Below are positions 56,221-64,000 of a stretch of DNA of 64,000 nucleotides, piece after piece. Where the stretch lies: the NCBI GenBank assembly GCA_040776945.1, contig JAXGZN010000001.1:480001-544000 (forward strand), written 5' to 3'. A program made the translations under genes and the position numbers. The first letter of the stretch is position 1. Each line of letters begins with the position of its first letter. The notes under the pieces are model-generated. The model was given only the letters and a program-made list of their open reading frames with translations, had not been told where the DNA came from and did not search any database. The stretch comes from Methanomassiliicoccaceae archaeon (lineage in GTDB: Archaea > Thermoplasmatota > Thermoplasmata > Methanomassiliicoccales > Methanomassiliicoccaceae).

Positions 56221-57284
56221 ATCGCCTCCAGGACCTCGTCCATGTTCTTCAGTAGGCCGCGGACCTCCGCCGGCGTCAGGTCGCCCATGTGGCCGATCCT
56301 GAACGTGGCCTCCTTGATGTCCCCGTAGCCGTTGGAGATCTCGTACCCGCGCTCCTTGAGCCCCTTGTTGAGCTTGCTAAAGTCAATGTCGCCCTTGTTT
56401 ATCACAGTAATGGTGTCGGACAGATACGCGGGCTCAGCGAAGAGCCCGTGATGCTTCTTCGCCCATTCGCGGACCAGGCCGGCCATCTCTCGATGTCTTT
56501 GATACCGGGCGGCCATGCCCTCCTTGAGCATGCGGTCGAGCTGGAGATCGAGAGCGTACATCAGCGATACCGGCGGCGTTGTCAAGGAGTAGTTCTTGTC
56601 GGCCATCTTCTTCATCTGAACCAGATCGAAATAATAACCGCGGTTCGGGACCCCTTTGGCCTTCTCCAGGAGACGGTCCGAGCAGCACATTATAGCAAGC
56701 CCAGGAGGCAGCGCCAGAGCCTTCTGGGTCCCGAAGACGAGGGCGTCGATGTCAAGTTCCTTGATGCGAAGATCGGTCCCGAACACCGAGGTGACGCCAT
56801 CGATGAACATAAGGGGATCATGTTTCTCCCGGACGCCTTTCACGATCTCACTGACCGGGTTCAGCACCCCGGTGCTGCTCTCGTTGGAGACCAGGGTGAT
56901 CGCCTCGGTGTCATCGTCCACCGCACCCTCTAGGTCAGAGGCCCTTACGGCCTTTCCCCATTTGGCATTGACCTTGCGCACCTCCTTGCCGTTCTCCGTG
57001 CCGATGCTTTGCCAGCGGTCTCCGAAGGAGCCGTTGGACACACCGACCATCTTGTTTCTTATTCCGCTCCTGACGCAGCCCTCCAGGAGCCCAGACGCGG
57101 AGGAGGGGGACATCAGTATGTTCATATCGGTGTCCAGGGCCTTGTGTAGCTTCTCCACTATGCCCTCCTGTAGTTGTTCATAGGCCTTGCTTCGATGAGT
57201 TATCATCGGCTTGGTCATGGCCTCGAGGACCTCCTTGCGGACCTCGACCGGACCTACGGTAAAGAGAGTGTGATTCACAGACAT
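56217..57284 (-). CDS. Class V PLP aminotransferase (probable archaeal phosphoserine aminotransferase)
   Basis: GPV, ITHRS, NESSTGV, DGVTS, GTQKALALPPG, FRIGHMG; overlaps serA. Confidence 0.9.
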   Translation of the reverse strand: MSVNHTLFTVGPVEVRKEVLEAMTKPMITHRSKAYEQLQEGIVEKLHKALDTDMNILMSPSSASGLLEGCVRSGIRNKMVGVSNGSFGDRWQSIGTENGKEVRKVNAKWGKAVRASDLEGAVDDDTEAITLVSNESSTGVLNPVSEIVKGVREKHDPLMFIDGVTSVFGTDLRIKELDIDALVFGTQKALALPPGLAIMCCSDRLLEKAKGVPNRGYYFDLVQMKKMADKNYSLTTPPVSLMYALDLQLDRMLKEGMAARYQRHREMAGLVREWAKKHHGLFAEPAYLSDTITVINKGDIDFSKLNKGLKERGYEISNGYGDIKEATFRIGHMGDLTPAEVRGLLKNMDEVLEAM

Positions 57285-57507
57285 CCCCCAAAAACCTCTT
57301 GGCAGTTCAAGCGCTGCAAGGAGGCGACAGGGACGCCTGCCGGCGTCCTCCGTGTCCGCTTCCCGAAACGCATCCGCCAGAGGCGGTCATCATGGCCAGC
57401 ATACGCCCTGCCCGTGGCGGTGCCAGATAGGAAAAATCCATCTTCTGGGGCATGACAGACCATGGCATGATGCCCACCGGTATCATGGATGGTCGAATAT
57501 AAACCTT
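57285..57507 (-). promoter_or_regulatory. Promoter and about 190-nt structured leader of the aminotransferase-serA operon
   Basis: BRE/TATA AAGGTTTATAT (57507-57497); several hairpins, including a GNRA-capped stem at 57331-57348. Confidence 0.5.
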
Positions 57508-57533
57508 GCTGTAATGGCGGGCGGGCTCGAAGC

Positions 57534-57896
57534 TCATTTGCTCTTCTTGGTCTTGGCCTTGGCCCCGCTTCGCCTTGCCGGCGCTGGCTTGAGCAGCCTT
57601 TCATCCCTTTCGAGCGCGTCCTTCAGTGCTTCCAGCTGCACCATTTCCACGTCGAATATGTCCGAGAAGGGCAGGGAGGCTATGGCGTTGTCCAGGGTCT
57701 CCTCGTCCTCCACGCTCATTATGAAAGCGGCGGAGCGCTGGCCACCGAAGAAACCACCGCTGAGCATACCCTCCCTCTCCATGTCCATCAGCAGCTTGAT
57801 GCCGGGGACGATCTTGTTCCGTACGATCTCGAGGTTCTCCTTTTCGGTCTGTCCCACTCCCTCATCGCGGAGCTTCATCAACACGAGATATTCCAT
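57534..57896 (-). CDS. Hypothetical protein, muconolactone-isomerase-like dimeric alpha/beta barrel
   Basis: YLVLM...GMLSGG...AAFIMSVEDEETLDNAIASLP...FDVEM pattern; basic tail. Confidence 0.65.
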   Translation of the reverse strand: MEYLVLMKLRDEGVGQTEKENLEIVRNKIVPGIKLLMDMEREGMLSGGFFGGQRSAAFIMSVEDEETLDNAIASLPFSDIFDVEMVQLEALKDALERDERLLKPAPARRSGAKAKTKKSK

Positions 57897-58309
57897 CGTA
57901 GCACCGCCCCTTCCATGCAGTTGCGACATGATATGCCTTGCTCATATCAGGCCGGCCGCGGCCCTGATATCGCGTACGGTGCGCCTGTCCCTTTCCTTGG
58001 CGGAGCCGGTTCTTTGCACGGAAGCGAGATCAGCGTCATGTATTGTAACTAGAGGAGGGGATGCGATCGGCTGGTCGAGGTCCAGATCGTCCATGCCTCG
58101 ATGGTCGTCGTTCCAGAGCGCTGCCCCTTGGAGAGGCCTCCCATGACCTTGCGCTCCCTCTCCCGCCGCTCCAGCATTTCCAACGATGGGATCGCCTGAC
58201 CGGTAAGCATGTGAGGGACGTCTTCTGCCTATCCGCCGTTCGGTCCCTCTTTCAGCATGAACACGGTCACTTGCATTATGCTCACGGAACTGGTCCAGAG
58301 CCTTGAACA

Positions 58310-60844
58310 TCAATCCCTTTTTCGTGCGATCACCTTCACCACCTCCATCCAGAAGGTCCCTGCGATCGCCAGGGCGATGATGAGGCCCCACACCTCAGGC
58401 GGAAGGGAGGTGGTCTTGATCGCATCGTGAAGGAAAGAGGCTTCGGAGGCGAGCAGTGCGAAAAAAATGGCGGCCACTACCCAAAGGTCCATCGTGCGGT
58501 TGCTCAGTGGCCCAAGCTTGTACATCGGCTGCCGTTCCGACCGCATGTTGAGCGCCAACAGAACATGGCCGATCAGCCAGGTGACGAATGCTGCGGTCTG
58601 GGCTAGAACCAGGTCGTTGTAGCTCGTTCGAGCGATGTAATAGGCTAGGAAGACCGCTATGAACAGTCCGGCCGACGATGCGAAGATGGACGCGACCATC
58701 CTGCGATCGAGAAAGGGATCTCGGGGATCGCGGGGAGGTATCAGCATGATGTCCCTCTCAGCCTTCTCTGCAACGAAGGCCGCCGACGCTCCCAGGTCCA
58801 TGAACAGCTCCAACAGTATGATCTGGAGCGGAGTGAAGGGGACATCCAGCAGAAGGACGACCGCTGTCATGGTCACAGCGATCAGCGCGACCTTGCAAGC
58901 GAGATAGTAGCGCACACCTTTGGTGAGATTTGCAAAGAGCTTACGCCCCTCTCGGATCGCCTGGACGATGGTGTTGAAGTTGTTGTCCCTGAGCACCACG
59001 TCCGCGGATTCCCTGGCCACGTCCGTTCCTCCCTGGCCCATGGCCACCCCGATGTCCGCCGCCATCAAGGCCGGCGCGTCATTGATGCCATCTCCGGTGA
59101 CGGCTACCCTGTCCCCGCGGGCCTGGAAGGCCTTCACTATGCGGAGCTTCTGTTCTGGCGAGGTCCGGGCGAACACTCCCGCCGTGCCGATCGCCTCGGC
59201 CAACGCGGCCTCGTCCATCTTGTCTAACTCGTTCCCTAGGGCCAATCTCCCTACCGGCAGGCCGACCTGATGGGCCACCGCTCTCGCTGTCAGGGGGTGG
59301 TCGCCGGTGATCATAACCGGGCGTATGCCAGCCCCCTCCACGGCTTCGATGGCCGTCCGGGCCTCCGGCCGAGGGGGATCGAACATGCCGACCATCCCGG
59401 CGAACACCATTTTGCCATCCAGGCCCTCGGCCACCCCGAGGACCCTAAACCCTCTAGATGCCATATCTTCCATGCGCGCGAGGAATGCGGCCCTCGATCC
59501 CTCATCCAGGGTCACCATCGCGCCGTCCTCAAGATAATGGGTGCAAGGTCCTAGAACGTCCTCAGGGGACCCTTTGAATATCTCCCTACGTCCTGCGGGC
59601 CCCTCGACCAAGACCGACATCCGCCTGAGCGCACTATCGAACGGACGTTCGGAGAGGACCCTCTCTCTTGCCCGTAGGCCGCCGACATCTATGCCTTCCT
59701 TGCTCGCCTCCTCCAGGACCGCCACATCGGTGGGGTCGCCGGCGAGACCTTCGAAGGTTATGCGTGCATGGTTCGCCAGAGATGAGAGGGTGAGCAGTTC
59801 CCTTCTTGGTCCCCAGATCTCCTTTACTTCCAGCCGGTTCTCGGTCAGCGTACCGGTCTTGTCGGTGCAGATCACGGTCACCGCCCCCAAGGACTCCACT
59901 GCCTGCAGCTTCTTGACCACTGCGTTCTGCTTCGAAAGTTGATAGCCGCCCAGGGCGAGCACCATGGTTATAATGATGGGCAGTTCCTCTGGTATCGTGG
60001 CGAAGGCCAGGGACAGGGCGGTGAGGACCATCGTCTGAGGGTCCTGGCCGTTGATGAGCCAACCTAGAAAGGGGACCAGGGCCGAGAAAGCAATGGCCAG
60101 CGCGACCATCCATTTGGTCAGGTCCCTCATCGCCATCTGTAGCACCGTTCGGGGCGGCCTCTCTCTTCGGGCCAGTGCTGTGATGCGGCCAAGCTCGGTT
60201 TCCTTGCCTGTGGCCACCACCACCGCTCGTCCCAGTCCGCGGACCACCAAGGTGCCAGAGTAGAGCATGTTGGAGCGTTCGGCCAAGGGAACTTCGCCGA
60301 GCGGCTCGGCGCTCTTCTCCACCGGCACTGGTTCACCGGTAAGCGAGGACTCATCGACCGCAAGGCCCCTGGACTCAATGACCCGGGCATCGGCAGGAAC
60401 CCTCTTGCCGCCGTCCATTACGATCAGGTCCCCCGGTACGACGCTGTCTACCGGTACATCCATTTCCCTGCCTTCCCTCACTACGGTCGTATTGGGCTGA
60501 GAGACCGTGTTCAGCGTTTGGATGGTCTTCTTGGCCCTGAACTCGTTGTAGACCTCCACCATTACCAGGACGAAGATTACGATGAATATCGTCACCGCGT
60601 CCTCCGGCGCGCCCATGGCCGAATACAGGACGCCGATGAGCAGCAGAAGGAGGACCATTGGCTCGGTGACTTCCTCGACCGCGACCTTCCACCATCTCAG
60701 GGTCTCCTCCTCATATTGGACGTTACGTCCGTACCGAGCCGCGCGATCTCTCACTTGCAGGAGGTTTAGGCCTTCGGGCCCGCTGTCCATTTCGGCCAAG
60801 ACCTTGTCGGCCGCCTGACGGTGTCGATCGGTCACGTCCATCAA
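58310..60844 (-). CDS. P-type cation-transporting ATPase (type II-like)
   Basis: LTGEP, IPEELP, DKTGTLT, KGSPE, TGD, GDGINDAP. Confidence 0.95.
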   Translation of the reverse strand: MMDVTDRHRQAADKVLAEMDSGPEGLNLLQVRDRAARYGRNVQYEEETLRWWKVAVEEVTEPMVLLLLLIGVLYSAMGAPEDAVTIFIVIFVLVMVEVYNEFRAKKTIQTLNTVSQPNTTVVREGREMDVPVDSVVPGDLIVMDGGKRVPADARVIESRGLAVDESSLTGEPVPVEKSAEPLGEVPLAERSNMLYSGTLVVRGLGRAVVVATGKETELGRITALARRERPPRTVLQMAMRDLTKWMVALAIAFSALVPFLGWLINGQDPQTMVLTALSLAFATIPEELPIIITMVLALGGYQLSKQNAVVKKLQAVESLGAVTVICTDKTGTLTENRLEVKEIWGPRRELLTLSSLANHARITFEGLAGDPTDVAVLEEASKEGIDVGGLRARERVLSERPFDSALRRMSVLVEGPAGRREIFKGSPEDVLGPCTHYLEDGAMVTLDEGSRAAFLARMEDMASRGFRVLGVAEGLDGKMVFAGMVGMFDPPRPEARTAIEAVEGAGIRPVMITGDHPLTARAVAHQVGLPVGRLALGNELDKMDEAALAEAIGTAGVFARTSPEQKLRIVKAFQARGDRVAVTGDGINDAPALMAADIGVAMGQGGTDVARESADVVLRDNNFNTIVQAIREGRKLFANLTKGVRYYLACKVALIAVTMTAVVLLLDVPFTPLQIILLELFMDLGASAAFVAEKAERDIMLIPPRDPRDPFLDRRMVASIFASSAGLFIAVFLAYYIARTSYNDLVLAQTAAFVTWLIGHVLLALNMRSERQPMYKLGPLSNRTMDLWVVAAIFFALLASEASFLHDAIKTTSLPPEVWGLIIALAIAGTFWMEVVKVIARKRD

Positions 60845-61146
60845 GCTAGTGGTGGCAGGTCGGAGAATAATTCATTTACCATTGCCGGGTCGAATGCCCG
60901 GCGGAGGAACGCGGCCTAATTGGGAGATCTAGGCACGATCTTGCATCCTAGCTCCCTTCGGGTCCAAGGGCCTTTACCACATCCACGGCAGGCCTTCCGG
61001 ATAGGACCATCCCTATTGCCAATCCTGCTGCCAGGTCATTCATGCAAGGCACGTCCTGCCTGGTGAGGTTTGCCCGAGGTGCCGGAGATGTCTCTGGTCA
61101 CCTCGGAAGAGGCCGCTGCCTCTCTTTCTTCGCAGTCCTCCAAAGA

Positions 61147-62751
61147 TCACTCTGCCCCGGTCCGTCCGTTGGTCCCCATCTCGCTCTTCGTCATCATCGA
61201 TTCGGCGATCCAACCGGCGGTCAGTGCGATGATCGATGCTGGGAGGGCTATGACCATGGGGTCCACGACCTGCCAGGGCATCCCCAGGATGGCGTCATGG
61301 CCGGTCAGGAACCTGCTGATGCCCAAGATCGAGGATTCTTTGATGTGCACAAAGAAGGTCCAGAAGAACCAAGCTCCTCCCCCCAGGCCAAGAGATAGTT
61401 TGGCCCCTAGCGTGGACGGGCTCTTGCTGAATAGGCCATGCACGAAGGCGGGCAGGAAGGCGCATGCGCACAGGCCCATGAACATAGCGGTGGCCCGGGC
61501 GATGATGCTTTCCGGCATTATCAGGGATAGTGCGACGGAAACGATTATCATGGCGAACGTACCCGCCTTGTTGGCGCTGAGCGAGGGCTTCGAATGGTCA
61601 TCGACCTTCCTGAGGCGCTTTACATTGGACCAGAGGTCGTACCCAGCGGTGGTGCCCATGGTATGGAATATCGCGCTCAAGGTAGACATGGCCGCAGCTA
61701 GGAGCACCAGCATGAAGATGACCACGAACAGGTCGGGCATCGCGGAGCTGATGAATAGAGGCATGATCTTGTCAAAGTTGCCATTGGCAGCGTCTATGGC
61801 GATCTTTCCAGTGGTGTCCATGAAGTATACGTTGGTCAGCGGCCCGACCGTGTACGCGACCCCGGTGGTCAGCAGAATGAACAGTCCGCCTACCGGTATC
61901 GCCCTGCTCAGCGCCCTGTTGTCCTTGGCGGTCATGAACCTGACCACCAACTGCGGCTGGGCCAATACGCCTATTCCGACACCCATGATTATGGTGGTGA
62001 CCATCACCAGCCACAGCTCAGAGCCCAGCTCAGGGAAGGTCGTCCAGCCGGTCATCCCTTTGCTGGCATATGATGATGGCACCATTGGGGCCATGTCCGT
62101 CAGCCTGGTGAAGGCAGTGGTGGGGTCGCCGAGTAGCATGAATGTGAGCAGCAGGAGCACGGCCATGCCCACGATCATGATAATTCCCTGCATGGCATCT
62201 GTGTACATCACCGCCTTCAATCCGCCTAGTGTGACATAGATAGCGGTCACTGCAGCGAAAGCGACCAGGGCCAGATGGAAGTCGACGGACAAGGCCGTCT
62301 CCACGAAGCGCGAACCTCCTATGAGGACCGCGGAGGCGTACAATGGCATGGCGATCAGGACGATAACCGCAGCGGTATACTGCATGAACGGTGAGCGGAA
62401 CCTCCTGCCCATCAGGTCGGGGAAAGTGACCGCCTTCAACCGCATTCCCAGCTCCCTGGTCCTCTTTCCGAAGACCACGAACGCCAGAAGCACTCCAACT
62501 GATATGTTCAACATAGCCAGCCATATCAGTCCCATGCCGTATGCGGCGGCAGTCCCTCCGAAACCGACGATCGCTGACGTGGAAATGAAAGTGGCACCGT
62601 ACGACAGACCGATGATCCAGGGGTGGATGTTGCGGCCAGCGAGCATAAAGTCCTCAGAGGCCTTGGTGCGCTTGAAACCCAAATATCCGAGGAAGAGTGT
62701 CGTCGCCACATATAGTATGGTGAACGCCCAGAACGTTGTGTTGTCCACCAC
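61147..62751 (-). CDS. Sodium:solute symporter
   Basis: FMLAGR, GATFISTSAIVGFGG, GGLKAVMYTD, QPQLVVRF, AAAMSTLS; GTG start at 62751 or 62748. Confidence 0.93.
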   Translation of the reverse strand: MVDNTTFWAFTILYVATTLFLGYLGFKRTKASEDFMLAGRNIHPWIIGLSYGATFISTSAIVGFGGTAAAYGMGLIWLAMLNISVGVLLAFVVFGKRTRELGMRLKAVTFPDLMGRRFRSPFMQYTAAVIVLIAMPLYASAVLIGGSRFVETALSVDFHLALVAFAAVTAIYVTLGGLKAVMYTDAMQGIIMIVGMAVLLLLTFMLLGDPTTAFTRLTDMAPMVPSSYASKGMTGWTTFPELGSELWLVMVTTIIMGVGIGVLAQPQLVVRFMTAKDNRALSRAIPVGGLFILLTTGVAYTVGPLTNVYFMDTTGKIAIDAANGNFDKIMPLFISSAMPDLFVVIFMLVLLAAAMSTLSAIFHTMGTTAGYDLWSNVKRLRKVDDHSKPSLSANKAGTFAMIIVSVALSLIMPESIIARATAMFMGLCACAFLPAFVHGLFSKSPSTLGAKLSLGLGGGAWFFWTFFVHIKESSILGISRFLTGHDAILGMPWQVVDPMVIALPASIIALTAGWIAESMMTKSEMGTNGRTGAE

Positions 62752-62752
62752 C

Positions 62753-62869
62753 TCACTCCTCCCCCCTCGCTTCGTCCCTCTTCCACCATCCATACACAAC
62801 GCAAGCGAGAGTGAATCCTATGGCCAAACCATAACCGAGCAATATCCATGGGTCATCGATGCCGAACAT
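62753..62869 (-). CDS. Symporter small accessory membrane protein (38 aa, below the ORF-track cutoff)
   Basis: MFGIDDPWILLGYGLAIGFTLACVVYGWWKRDEARGEE; GGAGG SD; stop lies 1 nt before the symporter start. Confidence 0.85.
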   Translation of the reverse strand: MFGIDDPWILLGYGLAIGFTLACVVYGWWKRDEARGEE

Positions 62870-63121
62870 TTTTTGTTTCCTCCCACCGACGGAGATGCGG
62901 TCGATGTCCACGATCGTTCTCCTTGGGCCGCGAAGAATTGCCTTGCTAGTATTTTAAGAGTGTCGTGTGCTAGCTAGGCTCACGCTAGCAATTATCATAT
63001 CAAGCGCGCCGAGCCCGCAGGGGCCTGGAGCGGAGGGGCGGACGACCTGCGGCCCCGATGGATTTCTCGGCTACGCTCCGGAGGACCGGACGCAACATTA
63101 ATTTCCCGGCGCCGTCATCTG

Positions 63122-63403
63122 ATGTTCATGGTTGACAAGCTTGATTATCTCTACGCCATGCTAGATGACCTGGACGACGACCTGGGCGCGATGCAGGAGG
63201 ACCTGGAGATGGTCCTTGAGCTGCTGGAGGAGGGAGATGTCAGGAAGGCGCAGATCATCCTTGCCGAGATGAACCAGTTCCTCATAGACTTCCTGGAGCC
63301 GGAAGAGTGTGACGACGAGGAATGCGAATGCGTGGAGATCGAGGAGATGGAGGAGGACGAGGGACCTTCCTCTGAAGGTGAGAAGAAAAAGGATAAGAAG
63401 TAA
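63122..63403 (+). CDS. Highly acidic hypothetical protein
   Basis: D/E-rich helical N-terminal part, CDDEECEC, Lys-rich tail; host-like codon usage. Confidence 0.75.
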   Translation: MFMVDKLDYLYAMLDDLDDDLGAMQEDLEMVLELLEEGDVRKAQIILAEMNQFLIDFLEPEECDDEECECVEIEEMEEDEGPSSEGEKKKDKK

Positions 63404-63423
63404 AAAGGGGGCGTCCTGCCCAC

Positions 63424-64000
63424 CTATATTTTGCAGACCCCGCCAGAGCACTTCAGCACTTTTTCCTCGATTATTGAAACAGCGCGGTCCACGTCCTCCG
63501 AGGTTATCCCTCGGTGTGTCACTAGACGAACGAGACCCGGCCCGAACTCTGAGAGCAGGAGGCCGTTGCTCCTCGCATCCTGGAGGAATCCCGCCACCGT
63601 CCTTCCGGTCGCGGAGATGTCCATTACAACGATGTTCGTCTGTACGGTGGACATGTCGATCTTGATGCCATCCAGTCCGCTCAAGGCATTGGCCATCCTC
63701 TTGGCGTTGTCATGGTCTTCCTTGAGCCGCGAGATCATGCTATCGAGGGCCACGATGCCGGGTGCGGCGATTATGCCGGCCTGCCGCATCCCCCCGCCGA
63801 GCATCTTGCGCTTCCTCCTGCAGGCGTCAATGAAAGCAGCGTCCCCGACCACCATCGAGCCGACCGGGCAGCTAAGGCCCTTCGACAGACAGAACTGGAC
63901 CGAGTCCACATGCCGAGCGTAGGCCCTCACGTCGACGTCCAGGGCTATGCAGGCGTTGAATATCCTGGCGCCGTCGATGTGGACCTTCATGCCCAGATCG
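63424..64000 (-). CDS. ltaE: Low-specificity L-threonine aldolase (5' end outside the window)
   Basis: HIDGARIFNA, CLSKGLSCPVGS, RKMLGGGMRQAG, VQTNIV, RLVTH. Confidence 0.95.
   Translation of the reverse strand, partial: DLGMKVHIDGARIFNACIALDVDVRAYARHVDSVQFCLSKGLSCPVGSMVVGDAAFIDACRRKRKMLGGGMRQAGIIAAPGIVALDSMISRLKEDHDNAKRMANALSGLDGIKIDMSTVQTNIVVMDISATGRTVAGFLQDARSNGLLLSEFGPGLVRLVTHRGITSEDVDRAVSIIEEKVLKCSGGVCKI

Noticed and set aside
61070-62239. Long antisense and alternative-frame ORFs (e.g. 61070-62239 +, 13415-14344 +, 41511-42425 +, 45549-46400 -)
   Set aside because: They are shadows of well-supported genes in a GC-rich genome, with no motifs of their own.

Overview
GC-rich archaeal chromosomal window. 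The archaeal assignment rests on Kae1, Nop5, aIF5A, Lsm, CarS, XPD, TrmB and TATA/BRE-type promoters. The gene set (stand-alone Kae1, smc-scpA-scpB operon, DUF6015-like protein, SatP) points to a Thermoplasmata organism, most likely Methanomassiliicoccales-like. This is inference, as no methanogenesis gene lies in the window. I support about 66 CDS and one tRNA-Val(GAC), and see no integrase, transposase, CRISPR array or rRNA. Most of the window is housekeeping: t6A, thiamine/cysteine, polyamine and SAM-byproduct salvage, condensin, a diacetamido-uronic-acid glycan cluster, serine synthesis and transporters. The leads most worth a second look are: (1) a coupled MDR dehydrogenase / non-canonical PTPS / GT4 operon, a candidate pterin-glycoside pathway, next to a membrane-anchored clan GH-A glycoside hydrolase with twin palindromic operators; (2) an ABC ATPase that appears to start at ACG directly after the permease TGA, in an ABC-DUF47 operon with no binding protein; (3) a Cys-rich ORF separated from a HEAT-repeat ORF by one in-frame amber codon; (4) an MsvR-like regulator divergent from mtnA-aldolase (apparent CTG start), next to a radical SAM enzyme; (5) a long structured leader with a Ser/Gly-rich uORF before the serine operon; (6) a Shine-Dalgarno-occluding hairpin and a shared upstream motif at smc. 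All family calls come from motif recognition by eye; no database searches were run.
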